Source of the DNA: the human T2T-CHM13v2.0 reference genome, Homo sapiens
Reading direction: 5' to 3' (one strand)
NCBI RefSeq assembly: GCF_009914755.1
Contig: NC_060926.1
DNA length: 64,000 nt
How positions within the stretch are numbered: the first letter of the stretch is position 1; each line of letters opens with the position of its first letter. Under the pieces are notes generated by a model. The model was not told the DNA's origin. It made no database searches and was given only the letters and a program-made list of their open reading frames with translations. Of the stretch, positions 28,670 to 44,844 are shown one piece after another. The translations under genes and the position numbers were made by a program.

Positions 28670-28890
28670 AGGGGCATTGGCAGTTACCAAGAATCTATCA
28701 AGCATTGTATTGGGCAATTTACATGCATTTTATCCTTTAATCCTGGCAATAACCTCTGAATCATGCATCATTATCCACACTTCACATATGAGGAAACGAA
28801 AGCTCAAGGAGATTGTGTGACTTGCTTAGTCTCATCCAGTTTGTAAGTGGTGGAGGCCAGGATATGAATCCAAATTCTGTGTTCTTTCTA
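28670..28890 (-). mobile_element. MIR
   Basis: TTTAATCCTGGCAATAACC...CATATGAGGAAACGAAAGCTCA..GTGACTTGC. Confidence 0.75.
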
Positions 28891-29229
28891 CTATATTATA
28901 TTGTTTTTCTAAATCATCCAAATTGAATTAATTCACATCTTTAAGAATTGGAGCTGGACTAAGATCAATGTAAGAATAATTCTATAATTTAATTTAGGCA
29001 TTTCTTATAGTTGGAAGACAGGCTTTGGAACACAGAGTGAAGATGAAATATGCAAGCATCTGTAGGCTTGTCCTTGGCATTCAGAGAATGGGCTTTGGGC
29101 CACAGACTCATTCTGCCACCTACCAGCTGGTGGGGTTGGATAGTCACATACCATCAGGTCTTGTTCTCATTGGCCATGGGAGTAGGTAAGGTGGAGCCCA
29201 TGGCAACCTGCTGGAGTGAAAAGAGCAGA

Positions 29230-29425
29230 AACCAGAAAGATTGCAATTCAAATTCTGGTTCTTCCATTTTCTTGTTGTGTATACTTGGAAAATCACTTTC
29301 CCTCTTTGAGCCTTAAGTTCCACATTTGTAAAATAGGAAAAATAAACTCCACCTTGTATGGTTCTTGTCATATCTATTAAATGTCTAGCACAGTGGTTGG
29401 CACACATTAGGCAATTAGTAGATAA
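29230..29425 (+). mobile_element. MIR
   Basis: TTCAAATTCTGGTTC...TCACTTTCCCTCTTTGAGCCTTAAGTTCCACATTTGTAAAATAGG...AGCACAGTGGTTGGCACA. Confidence 0.75.
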
Positions 29426-29648
29426 CAGCTTTCTTTTCCCCCCTTGCAAGTGGCTAAGATGAGAGCAAGAAGAGACTTTGCAGGCTGCTCCTATAGTTTG
29501 TTCTCCAAATATATTCTTTCTTGTAGGGGTGTTTATTTTTTACCAGTGAGGACTTCAGCTCTCCTGGAGACCCAGATCACTAAGCACAGGCTTTACCACT
29601 CTCACTATTAAAAAAAGATCAGACATTTCCAGTCTTCTGAGGACGGCC

Positions 29649-29712
29649 TCAAATGGGAAGACATCCCTCACAGAACAGGGTCAAATGGGAAGACATCCCT
29701 CACAGAACAGGG
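29649..29712 (+). repeat. Perfect 2 x 32-bp tandem duplication
   Basis: TCAAATGGGAAGACATCCCTCACAGAACAGGG twice (29649-29680, 29681-29712). Confidence 0.98.
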
Positions 29713-30119
29713 AGAACACTACAGCTACTTAGTACAGGTCCTTGACTAAACCGCATTTGTTTTCACTCTTTTGATCTTGCCTATTTTGGGGCAGATTAAG
29801 CTGTGAGATTCCAGAATGAAGAATGACCACTAGGGTCAACTAATTCAGTCTCTTTATTTTGCTGAGGGAGAAGATTCAGAAAAAGCAAGGGAGTCAACGG
29901 GGGCCACACAGTGATTGGAGATGGAACCCTTACCTAGCCAGCTGTTACTGCAACCGCCCCCTCTCTTAACATTTCTACCCGAGATTTTGAGAGTAACCTC
30001 ACGTGCAGAACCAGCTAATCCTGCTCATTTGCTATCTGGGTACTATCTTTGTTTTTAGCTTCACCTAAAATGGTTATTAAAAGATTCAGCAGACTTTTAA
30101 CAGCAACTAGATGCCCTAA

Positions 30120-30290
30120 GTGCTAGTATCTGTAAAGCACTTACTATGTATCAGGCACTATTTAAGTACTCTCTATGTCTTGACTTATTTAATCCTCACA
30201 ACAATCCTTCAAAGTAGGTATTATTATTCTTTTCACTTTTGGAGATGAGGAAGTTGAGGCATTCAGATACACAACTTAATCAAAATCACT
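30120..30290 (-). mobile_element. MIR
   Basis: AGCACTTACTATGTATCAGGCAC...TTTAATCCTCACAACAATCC...GATGAGGAAGTTGAGGC. Confidence 0.8.
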
Positions 30291-32544
30291 TGATTCCCAA
30301 GTTTACATTTTTAGCTGCTCTGATGTAGTGCCTTATTTGTTCTGATGCAAAGTAACTGACACTATAATAACAAAATGGAGCCCAAGAAATTTACTAACCA
30401 GAAAGGAAAGTAAGGTTTTAGGATAGTTCGGAAGCTCTCAGAGTTATATTCAAGACATATAGCATCAATGTATTTATTTTATGTTTTTCTCCCAAGACTT
30501 ACGTCTCTGGCTCAAATAACACAATGCAGCAAATGTCTTAAATAACATATGGACTGCTATTCAGAAAAGAAAAGAAATTTAGCGCACACTTTCTGGTAAA
30601 TTCAATAATGTGAACAGTATTGAAAATGTGTTTGAAGTGATGAAATTCAAGGTCTAGGAAATGCCTAACTACAGGAATGAAATATCAGAAATATACAGTC
30701 TAAGACAATTTCATTAAGTAGAATTCACATGTGTGATATAACTGTGTATCATCTAAGTAGAATTTTCTCATTGTCAGACCAGAATACATTATCTGGGTCT
30801 TACAGTTATCAGGTTCCAAAAGGAAGTGGCAGTCTTTGAAACAGTAATGATCATTTATAAATTAGTCTATAAATACCCTTCTCCACTTAACACTAACATC
30901 TCTTCCTACCCATTGTTTCAGTAGCTATCAGTTGTTTGCTATCTTTTAGATATCAAATATTTATTATAAACTACCAACCGTGCTATCCAAATCAATTGCA
31001 AAGTGAGATGTCTTTTTGTAAAAGACGTAAGATTAATATTGTATACTACTTAGATCATATACAAAGCTGTTGGCATATCAGTAACTGGCAGAGACTGTCC
31101 AGTTGAAACATAGAATATTTTAAAAAATAATGGTGGCAGGATAGGTGTTCAAAGGAGATTGATTTAAACATCAAACCCCTTGGAGAAATTAATGAAGTCC
31201 CTCCCTGTTTTTTTTTCCTAAAAATATGTGATTTTTATTATGATGTAGTACAATCCAAATGTGAATTGAAAATTGTCATAGTATACTGTGATACAAGTTT
31301 GCCTGGAAAAACAATGCCCCCTCAAATTCTAAGATTTATCTCACTGCAGCTATAACCTTTTGTTAAATATAAGATTAATAACTTATCTAACATTTATTTC
31401 ATTTTTAGCACAATTTGCTGCCTAAACTTACTTGCCCTTAAAAATATATCATAAAGTGATCTCCCTATGTTGAGTTAAATTACTTTAAATTTGTCTTTTG
31501 ACAAAATCCTTCCTTAGTGAATGCCTCTTGTATTTAAACATAAACATAAATACAGACTTGAACAAGAATTCTTAGGAAAGAGAAAAAATGCAAGTATCAA
31601 TTCAATTAATAAACAAGTGCCTATTAAATGTCCCCAACACTTTGATTAGAAACAGAATCATTTGATTATATTTACAGGGTTATATTTACAGAAACTAACT
31701 CTTCAGCAACTTTCCTGAGCAGTATACAGACAAAAAATAAGAAATAACCAAAAGGTCTCAGGTCATTCCAAACAAACAATAAGAGCTCTCAGTTGTGTAT
31801 TTAAAACCAGTAGCTCTTAGTTGATATGAAATTACTGACAATCATGTCTCTAACCTAACAGTGAGTCAAGAATAAGTCAAGGGAGGGGGGTAGTTTACTA
31901 TGAATATTAATCACTTATTCAATGTCTTGTGCAGAAAAATTCCTAATTTTGGATAAAATTATAGCAAATCTTGTGCAAAAAGAAAGGAAGAGAGCTAAAG
32001 AGTGAAAGGCTGAAGCAGGAGCTAAGAGCGAGGACACGATCTGGTCTTGATCAGTCTCTCTCTGCCAGCTCTGCACAGCTGGCTAGCTTTCTTTCCCACT
32101 ACTGAGGGTGTATGCACGTTCATTGCCAAGCATGGTATATGCAAGCTGTGGTTTTCAATGGCTAGATATGCAGAGGATAGACTTCTGGTTTGGAGGAAGA
32201 AATTCTAACTCAGCTGCCAGTCCATAAAGGGGGCTCAGAGATAACAAGACCCTACCACCTTTGGAATTCACCTTATTTTTGGTCTCTGCCTCTCTTTACT
32301 TTAGGTCATCTCTTTATGACATTGCTTCTGTGAAGTTGTACGTATTGGGAAGAGTAAAGCCACAGTGCATCAATAGTCTTATGAGAAGTCCCAAGGAAGG
32401 GAGGGCCTTGTAGAAAGGTAGAGAACAAAAGACATAAAGTGACAGAAAGACAAAATGTGTTATTTTAACAAAAGGAAGCATTGGCCAGGTCTAGCAGATG
32501 GCTTCAGAACAAATGAAGCACATGTATATGAGGTTGAAACAACT

Positions 32545-32654
32545 AGGGGGATTGGAATTATTTTGAGAGTGAAAGAAGACATTATTAATGATTAATCCTG
32601 GGCTCTGGGAATACACCGTGACTGTCTTGTACAAATGAGACTTATGGTCACCCT
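32545..32654. mobile_element. MER94-like hAT-Blackjack MITE
   Basis: TTTTGAGAGTGAAAG..ATTAAT...GACTGTC...GACTTATGGTCACCCTA terminus. Confidence 0.65.
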
Positions 32655-33472
32655 AGCAATAGCTGACCCCACAGTGAAGGAAGTGCAGTGCCTTTGGGGT
32701 GGCGTCGTGGGAGTGTGGTTGATGCCCGCATCCTGGCTATTATAGGGGAGGTCATTATTGAAAACATTAAGAATTTGTACGGTGAAGGCAGAAACCTTGC
32801 CAGCTTTATTTAACCACTGCAGAATTAAAAGTGTTTTAGGTTAATACGTTGTATAACTATAACGTGTAAATATATCTACCATTTACAGAAGGGTTTGAAT
32901 GAAAGAATGTACCAACCTCTTGTTTCATGAATTGAATAAATTGGGGACTTAGGTGTTTATTTTATAGTTATTTTTAAATTATTATAGTAAGGTATCTTTT
33001 TACATATTATAAATTAAATATAACATATATGAAATTTCATAACATTTTTCAGGAAAGTGAACTTTGTCAGTTTCATGTTGGCTGGACATTGCCTGTGTGA
33101 AATCCATGTCAGTGTATTTGACATTTATTCCTTTGGTTACTCTATTTCTATATAACCCTGAGATTGTAATAATAGTATCCTAACCTGTCCTCTATATGTT
33201 TTCTAGTTTTGTCTTTCACAATAAAGTCTTTAATCCACATGAAACTGATTTTTGTATGTGGCATGAGATAAAGATCCAAATTAAAATATTTTTTCTTGTA
33301 CGGCGAACCAATCCTCCCAGCTCTGTTCCCCACCAAACAGCAAAGTGAGGATCAGAATCTATTTCTGAGCTGTTTACTTTATTACTTTCATTTATTCATT
33401 AATCTCTGAACAAAAAAATACTTTCTGAATTATTATAGATTTTTTAAGATATACATTTAAGATTTAAGATTA

Positions 33473-33546
33473 TACATTTTTTAAGATAAATTTTTTGGGG
33501 GAGAAGAGTTTTGGATTTACAGAGACATTACTAAGTAAAGAGAGTT
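33473..33546 (+). repeat. 74-bp direct copy of 34949-35022
   Basis: 72/74 identical by manual comparison. Confidence 0.97.
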
Positions 33547-34329
33547 TAAGTTTTGTTTATTTTAAGTTTTGATACCAATTAGGGCATTTCCTTCCAAACT
33601 GATCTTCCTCAGGCATGTCCTGGCTCATCCTTGCCCCTTGCATTACATTTTAATTTTTAAATCGGTTGTGTTCTATGAAAAAAGCTATTAGGATTTTGGC
33701 TAGAATTGCGATCACTTTCGCATTTGATGTCTTTATGATACTGGTTCTTCCAATCTACAGCTCTGGTATATTTTTCCATTTATTTAGGTCTTATTTACTA
33801 TTCTTCAATATATTTAATGCATTTATCCTTATAAATGTTTTATATATTTGAAATTTATTCTTATATTCCATGTAAGTCTTTTGCATATTTGAAAGCTGTT
33901 TGTTGCTTTTTACAAATTATGTTTTTAAAATGGTATCTTCTAACTTTTCCTGTTAGCATATAGAAATAAAATTCACTTTTGCATAACAATTTTATTTTCT
34001 TGCTAAATTATCTTATTAGGTTTCATAATTTAACTACAGTTTTAACTTTTCTATATGAACAATCAAAATGTTTATGAATAATGACAGTTTAGTTTTCTTA
34101 TCTTAAATTTTTTTATCATTTATTTTTCTTGCTTTTTGTGTAAGACCTCAAATGAAATATTAAGTCGAAATGTTAATAGTGGGCATTTTTATCTTTTTCT
34201 TGCTTCGAATAATTTACCATTAAACATGATGTTCACTATAAGTATTTGAAAAAATATTTTATGCTGTTAATAAAATTGCTGTCTATTCTAACTTGCTAGA
34301 ATTAGCAGTCAGGTTGTTGTTGCTTAACT

Positions 34330-34648
34330 TTTTAAATTATTACGAATACTACTAATTGTACATATTTATGGGATTCATGTGATTTTTGTTGCAAGCATAT
34401 GATGTGTGACAATAAAATCAAGGTAAGTGGGGTATCTACCACCTCAAACATTGATCATTTCTTTGTGTTAGGGACGCTCTAATTCCACTCTTTTAGTTAT
34501 TTTGAAATATACAATAAATTATTGTTTCCTATAGTCACTTTATTGTGCTACCAAATGGTAGATTTGATTCCTTCTAATTATATTTTTATACCCATTAACC
34601 AACTCCTTTCTTTCTCCCCCTCCACACTACCCTTCCCAGACTCTGGTT
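34330..34648 (-). mobile_element. L1MA 3' end fragment
   Basis: TAATTGTACATATTTATGGG...ACCTCAAACATTGATCATTTCTTTGTGTTAGGGAC...TTTTGAAATATACAATAAATTATTG. Confidence 0.85.
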
Positions 34649-34949
34649 ATTGTTGTTTTTAATGGTATCAAATTAAAAAAATATTTTTCTGCAACAGTTG
34701 AGATGATGATGAGATTATACCTTTAATTACATTAAAGGCTTTTCTCTTATTAAATCAGCCCATATTACTAAAATACCTTGCTTGGCTGTGATGTGTGTAT
34801 GCATGAGTGTGTGTGTTATGTATACATGTGTGAATGTATTGTTATTGTTTATTCTGTGTTGGATTCTTTTTTCTTATAGGTTACTATTTGATCTCTTTTT
34901 TATTTTATTGATATGTAAGATCAGGCTATAATTTTCTTTTCTGTGTTCT

Positions 34950-36320
34950 ACATTTTTTAAGATAAATTTTTTGGCGGGGAAGAGTTTTGGATTTACAGAG
35001 ACATTACTAAGTAAAGAGAGTTCCTGTATATTCCTCCCTGAGTTTCCCCTGTTGTGAATCTCTTACATTGCCAAGGTATGATTGCAAAATGAAGGAACCA
35101 ATTCTGTTGCAGGATCTGATTGAAGGTGCCACATTGTATTTATTTGTCATATGACCTTAGCCTCCTCTGATCTGTAACAGTTTTTCAGTCTTTCCTTGTT
35201 TTTCCTGATCTTGATAATCTTGAGGAGTACTGTCCAGAAAGCCTGCAGAATGTTCCCCTGACTTGGTGTGTCTATTGCTTTTCTTGTGATTAGAATTGGG
35301 ATATGAGTTTTGGGAAGAACCTCAAAGAGGTGAAGTGCCTCTCTGTTCACATCATATTAGAGGGCATATAAGATCCGCATGACATCGCTGGTAACGTTAA
35401 CATTCGTCACTTGGCTAAGGTGGTGTTTTCCAGGCTTATCTACTACAGAGTTACTATTTTTCCCTTTCTCTACTCTATTCTTCCAAAGCGAATTACTAAA
35501 TCTAGCCCATCCCTGGGAGGCGGGCAGGGTTAAACTCCACCTCCCAGATGGGGAGTGTCTTACATATATTATGTGATATTCTTCCATAAGGAAACTTTGT
35601 CTCTTCCCCCCATTTATTAATGTATTCCATAATCTATTTGTATTGGTATGTTCTAATATATATTTATTTTATGCTTTAGGTTAGAAATGGATTATTATTC
35701 AATATTACATTATTTATTTATTTATATTTTTTACATTTTCCTTTGATTTCTTCTGTGACCCAAGATACATTATTTATTTTGTTGCTCAGATTATATTAGC
35801 TTTGGCTATTGGGAGCTCTTTCAGGCTAGCTTCTGTGCTTCTTTGACATGCTCTCACCTTTTTGTTTTTTGAGCACTTCCATACTTTCTGGCACTATGAC
35901 ATGCTCCAGGCTTAACTTATATTTTATGTTGGAGTAGAGATGAATGGAATTAAAGAATCAACCATTTCTTCAAAAAGCTCTTGTTCTTTTTTGTTGGAAA
36001 ATGGTATTTAGAAACCAAGATGTGGGTGCTGGCTGTGTTTATTGCTACTGGGGTGTAACTGCTTCTAGGACTTTTCAGTGGACAGAGCTAAAAAATATGA
36101 GTATGTATACTAACCCATGTATGCACATATAACTATAATTATTTCTCCCTACATGTAAATCTGTATCTATATCAAACTAAATATAAGTTCATGCTGATAT
36201 GCCCGATTCTAATCTAGTGCCACAGGATTACTTCTACACTTCTTGCTTATGTATAACTTCTCTTTCTAACACTGAGAAACCTGGTTCCTACATCGAACAT
36301 CCATTGACTTATTTTAGCTT
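34950..36320 (-). mobile_element. L1MC-type 3' end
   Basis: GATTTACAG...GAGAGTTCCTGTATA..AGTTTCCCCT; TTTTGGGAAGAACCTCAAAGAGGTGAAGTGCC; TGGTATTTAGAAACCAAGAT. Confidence 0.8.
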
Positions 36321-36466
36321 TATAGTAAAAAATGTCCTATATTGTAAGGTTCCTCTTCTTATAATCATTATGTAACTAAATTTCTCAAAGAAAAAGAATG
36401 ATTATCTCAGTGTACAGTCTAGAGAACTTAGTTCTTTCTTCAGATCTATTGTGAGAACTGACCTAT

Positions 36467-36755
<289 letters not shown>

Positions 36756-37379
36756 AGTGTTTTTTTCTTCTGCTTTATTTTGTGTTTTCTATTTGACACA
36801 TTTATTATTATTATTATTCTTTCTAGCAAAGCTTTCTTGCTGTTAAAGTCTTGTTACACAGAATATAAGATCTGTAGCTTTCCTTAAATTTGTAGCTTCT
36901 AAATCAAAGTTGCCTCATATATTCAAGTACCTTGAATTTTGCACTGTAGTGAACACCTAATACAGGTCTTCATAGTTTATCCTATAAGTTCAGGGCTCAT
37001 CTTATACTGCCAAAACTTCAGAAACCCTGATTTTACTTAGACAACATCTCAGTGCAAAGGCCCCTGGAGTCCAGACATCCTTATAGCCACCGGGCACCAT
37101 GGAGCATGGGCAGTTGCTTTCTAAAGGCACAGACTTTTGAGAATTGTGATCTTGAACATTTGTTTTCCTGGGAAGGAGCATAAGTGAATTTGAAACATCA
37201 GATTATTTTGGTGACAGTGAAATTCTAATGAGAGTCTCTTTCTTCTATAAGAATGAGAGCCAAGGCTCAGTAAAGAACAGACTTCTCCCATTTGAACATT
37301 CTTCCCAAGAGGGAGATTCACATTTACTAAGCGGTCCTTCTTTTTTTTTCTCTGTCATCCAGATCCATATCTGGTTGTT

Positions 37380-37525
37380 TCATTTTTCCTTTTCCTTCTT
37401 TCTTTTCTCCCTCTCTCCCTTCTCTTCATCTCTTCTTCCTTCCTCTCTCACGCCTTCCCCCTCTCCCTTTTTTTCTCCTCTTCAATCTTCACTCTTCTCT
37501 CCCTCTTTCTCCTTTCCGTTTTTTT
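37380..37525. repeat. CT-rich low-complexity (polypyrimidine) tract
   Basis: Almost exclusively C/T for ~145 bp. Confidence 0.85.
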
Positions 37526-38289
37526 CAAACTTGGGTTCAAAGCTTGGCCCTACCACTTATTAGCTGTATGATTTTAGTGGCTATGTAACCTCAATGATCC
37601 ATGTTATCTTTATTTTAAAATATGACTAATAATATGTTTGCTGAAGAGTTTTTGTGAGACTTACACATAAGTTGCAAATTTCCTGGCACATTGTCTGGCA
37701 CATAATAGATGCTAGGAAATGGAAAGAATTGTTATCATTATTTTCTCCTTTCAAATCCTACTCTCTGACTCTCTTTTCTCCCCCTTTGTTCTTGGTGGAC
37801 AGAAAGGCAAGCCACAGAGGAAGGTGGTCTACTGTTCTTGTACCTCCTCATATGTCTACATTCCACTGGTGGAAGCAGGGGTGTAATTTTTGCATCTGTT
37901 CAAAGCCAACCAGGTTGAACCCAAAGGACTGTGTCAGGTTAGAGTTGTACGCTTATCCAGCACCAGTGTATTATTTAAGATTGAAATGGAGTATCCAAGT
38001 TAGAGGCATTTGGGGCCTAATCAGCTCTAATTTAGTGTATTATAATTCAGTTGAGGCTCTACAAGCTGCCTTAGACTCTTAAAACCAAGAAGCAAGCCTG
38101 AGAAATAGCTTACCTGGTTCTAGATAATGTTGGTGGCCAATGAATAGCTTATGGTTTATAAAACCCTTTTACACTATGATTTTATTTGATGCCTTCAATA
38201 ACATTATGAAGTTGTCATTATTATAAGAAAACTGAAATTCAGAGTGGGAAAGTGATTATAGGAAACAAACCTTGTTCATATTTCCACAT

Positions 38290-39209
38290 TCTCTCAACGG
38301 CCTCCTTCATTATGTTGGTCAATGCCACCTACATGACTTTCCACTTCCAGACCTGGGTGAAATGCCACACAAACGAGCTGTGTCATGGCTTTGGGTGCAG
38401 CCACCTAGACGTCAGAGGATGCAGCCCCAGCGTGTGTGGGCATTTGCTCCCTGTGGAATGAAACTTGACCACTGCGATGAGAGTTGGGAGGAAACCGCTT
38501 TCTCATCCTTTCTGCTCTCTTTGTACAGCTTTGGGGTGCAGATTTTCTACCAAATTGTATTAGTTTTCTAGAGCCACCCTAACAAAATGCCACAAAATAG
38601 GGGGCTTAGACAACAGAAATTTATTTCTTCCCAGTACTGGAGGCTGGAAGTTCAAGATTAAGGTGTCGACATGGTTGGTCTCTCCTGAGGGCTCTCTCCA
38701 TGGCATATGGATGGCTGCTTTCTCACTGTGTCATTGCATGGTCTTTCCTTATGCACTAGCATCTCTGGGGTCCCTTTTTGCATACAATGTCTTGGAAGGA
38801 TACCAGACAGATTGGATTAGGCCTACTAACAGGGCCTTGTTTCAACTGAATTGACTGTTTAAAGGCTCCATCTCCAAATGTAATTACATTCAGAGCTACT
38901 CAGGGTTAGGGCTTCCACTTGTGAAGTTTTGTGGGGGTCACAATTCAGCCCATAAAACACACCTCTGGAGAAGACCCCATGGGAATCAAGCACACCTGCT
39001 GGGAGTGAGCTGCTATGTTTTCTAACAACTCAGGGTAAAGCCCTGGGTGGCAGGGTAGTGATGTATCACACGACATTACCCTGCTCCTTACTTACTTTAT
39101 TTCCATCCTTTTCCTCGTTCTCACTACCTTGACCTTACAACTCCACACAGAGTATCAACACTTTCATCCTGGCCTCAGGCTCTACCTTCTAGGAGACCTG
39201 GGTGAATAC
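38290..39209. mobile_element. LTR16-family ERVL LTR interrupted by MLT1
   Basis: GAAACTTGACCA...TTTGGGGTGCAG before the MLT1; CCTCTGGAGAAGACCCCATGGGAATCAAGCAC...CCTCAGGCTCTACCTTCTAGGAGACCTGGG after it. Confidence 0.55.
38556..38959 (-). mobile_element. MLT1 (B/C-like) MaLR solo LTR
   Basis: TGTATTAGTTTTCTAG..ACAAAATGCCACAAA..GGCTTAGACAACAGAAATTTATTT..TGGAGGCTGGAAGTTCAAGAT...CACAATTCAGCCCATAA. Confidence 0.88.
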
Positions 39210-40199
39210 AGTGGCTCAGTCAGGGTGGCAGCTGGGTCTGGGACTTGAGTTTTTAAATTTCAAATCTCATCTTTTCATTATCTCAAATTTGTCATTTATT
39301 CATCAGCGTTTTATAGAGTCCATGACATGTAAGATGTTGCCAGACATGAATGAAATACTGTGATGAGCAAGAAATAGCCTGAAACCAGAGGCCCATAATC
39401 CAATGGTGAGATATGACCACATACAACATAAATAACAGCAACACCACCACAAACATGAAAGCATGACTTCTGAGCAAAAACAACTCCTTGTCTCCAGAAA
39501 GGTTTTATATATTTTGCAACTTTTTCCTAGATGCCAAGTTCTAGGCTATCCCATTGGTGAATAGAGAAGACATGATATATAAGTTAAATTCAAATAATTA
39601 AAAACTAAACAAAAACAGGGCTGACACAGCACCTAAACCAGAGTCACATGGTGCCAAAGACCAAGGCATATGACACTTGCTCATGAGCAGGCCTGAGACT
39701 TTCAGAGTTTAACTTGCTGAAGAGTCTTGTGCTCAGGTTGACACACAAGGAGGGGCAGGTAGACGCCCTTGTCCTCGTCAATGTTCTGCCAGCTTTTTAA
39801 CTCATCCAGTCAAGTTTTTGCAAGTGAGCACTCCTTTCCCATTTCTACAGGAAAAGTGGAAGTTGTTTCTTTTGGTGACTTCTTAGAGTTCAAATAGTTA
39901 TTCGAATTTCCTTGTAACTTGAAGGTGTCATCAATATCACTATTACGTACAATTAAGGTTCTGATAGATGCAATTCTAACCTTGGTTGGAAATATGATGC
40001 CTTATAGCATCTGGACTCTTTCCAGAAGGAGTCGTCTAAATTCTTGGAAAACTCTTAGAAACTCAGGTGGAAACAGTCTACCTAAAAAAAAAGTCCACTT
40101 GGGTCATGGTCCAAAGAATCTAACCAATAATCTTATTTTTTTTAACTTGTTTGTGGACTAAGGTTGCCTTATATTAAATATCTCAAAATGGTGCTGGAC

Positions 40200-40590
40200 A
40201 AAAACAAGGGCTTTCGAATTAGACAGACTAGGATTTAAATCTGGCTTCTATTTGTATGCCATGCTCTTGCAGCCTTGGTTTGGACATCTGTAAAGTGTGG
40301 CTAATAACACCTGTCTAATTATTGCAAAGATTGAATAAAATAATGATGGTGAATCCCAGCTCTGCTTTTAACTTGTTGTGAGAGGTTGATCAAGTTTTTT
40401 GATGTCTCTCTAACTTATTTCTTCATCTGCAAAATATGAATTATGCTAACATACATACCTATGTCCTATGTATACCTATGAATAACATATCTATAATAAT
40501 ACAGGGTTAGCATGAAGACAAAATTTATTTTAATTAATACAAGTGCTGGAACTGTACCTGGCACTCAACAAAAAGCATTCTACAAATATT
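40200..40590 (+). mobile_element. Two adjacent MIR fragments
   Basis: AGACAGACTAGGATTTAAATCTGGC..CATCTGTAAAGTG; GAATCCCAGCTCTGC..TTTCTTCATCTGCAAAAT. Confidence 0.65.
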
Positions 40591-40971
40591 GGCTATTTTT
40601 CTTTTTTTTTTTTTTTTGCATTATTGCTATGAGTGATCAGATTTAAATAGCAGTCGCTCATTTGGTTCCCTGAATGCATTTGACTTCCTTTGCTTCTTGA
40701 AAGTACTTTCCCTGTTTATGAAAATAATCTAATGGAACTGGTGGTGAAAAATTCTTGAGGATGTTCATTTTCACCCAAGTCCTTTCAACCAAAGTATTCT
40801 CTTATCCAAACTGTGTGCTCCCAAAGCTCAATGATTCTGGTTTCTTCTTCCCTGTAAGCCTGGGAAGCTCAATACTTGCGTTTCTAGCCCATTTCCATGA
40901 CTTATCAACAAATCAGATAGGCCTACATTTAACATTTCTGTCTGCTTTGTTCTTTTCCATTCTTATTCACT

Positions 40972-41576
<605 letters not shown>

Positions 41577-42248
41577 TTCTTAATCTTCTCATCCAGCTTC
41601 TCTCTAGCTCCAATCCATCATGTACTGTTGTTGTTTCCATCATGTGCTAGATGTTGTTTTCAGATGGCCACTCTCCTGCTCAAAAATCACCATGATCTAT
41701 CACCTTGATGTAAGCCAGGGCACAAGCCTCCAGGTGTGCTGAGTGGAAAGAGAATTTCGCTGCCTGTTTCTCCTGGGGTCCTGCTAAGGTGGATGTATTG
41801 GGACTACTTGAGCCTGACACACACTTCACACCTCTGCTCCTTTGCCTATGCGTTTCCTCCTGCTTGCATTGCTCACATACACCTTTTTCTCCCCCTGCAT
41901 AGTGGGTTTATTCCAACCTTTGAGACTCAGCTCAATGTTATCTCCTTTAGAAAGCCTTCCCACACTGAGTTGCATGATCACTCCCTCTCCTCTGCTCACA
42001 TTACTCTTGGAGCTGCCTCCAATGATTGCCTTTTACATCTTTGGTCATCAGTGTAGGTGTCACCTTGCAAACAAGACTATGGGGACCCTGATGACTGGGG
42101 TTAAGTGTTATGCCTTTCTGTATCACTACTACCTAATTGGGTCTCAGTAACTCTGCAGAGTAAGTAAATGAATGGAATAGCTCTGGAAAAATGGAAATAG
42201 GTGGGATAATCAACATCACAATCTAGGAAATTACCATCTACGTGGTAA

Positions 42249-42857
<609 letters not shown>

Positions 42858-43199
42858 TGATAATGCTTTTTTTGACTAATGATACAACAGTTTGCATTTA
42901 ATTATCATTAATTGTTGCATGGATATTTTTTATATTTTCTTACTTCAAGTAAACCCCTGAGGCCAACACTTGAGTTTAACTTGTCTTATTTCACTACCAT
43001 ATGCAGCAGAAAAATATCAGATGGAAATGTGTAAGATTACAGAGGAAAGAGCTGTGAAGTCAGTATGGGATATGCTCTATAGTAAAAACAGTGGGGTACA
43101 GAAGCAAGAAAAGGGAGATAAATGGACAGAATGAAAGAGGTGATCATAATACATCCTGATACACTGTATCATTTAATATATAATAAAGCTTCTATTATA

Positions 43200-44500
<1,301 letters not shown>

Positions 44501-44844
44501 ATAGAGTAGTAAAAAGACTAATATGAAAAATAATAAGGTATTCATTACCAAAAATTTAAAGAAAAGTTTAATATTTTGTCATTTATTTTATATTTTAAAA
44601 AATATAAAAGTTTAAGTAAAGTTTATATCCCTTTTGTTCTCATGTTAATACCCATTCTACTCTATCCACTGAGGAAATAATTAATATGAAATTGGTATAT
44701 GTCCTTCTAATTTTTTTAATTTTAGATACCTCTAACTACTCTGTATCAGCCATATGTAATTTTTTTGTGTTTAAAACTACATAATTGCAAAAATTACTTT
44801 ACTTTTCTAATTATTTCAAGGTTTTGTATTTTACAATAAATCTG

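Larger units (their letters stand above)
33180..34940 (-). mobile_element. Degraded antisense L1ME ORF2 fragments
   Basis: TAAGTCTTTAATCCACATGAAACTGATTTTTGTATGTGGCATGAGATA; TTCCATTTATTTAGGTCTT; AATAATGACAGTTT. Confidence 0.7.
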
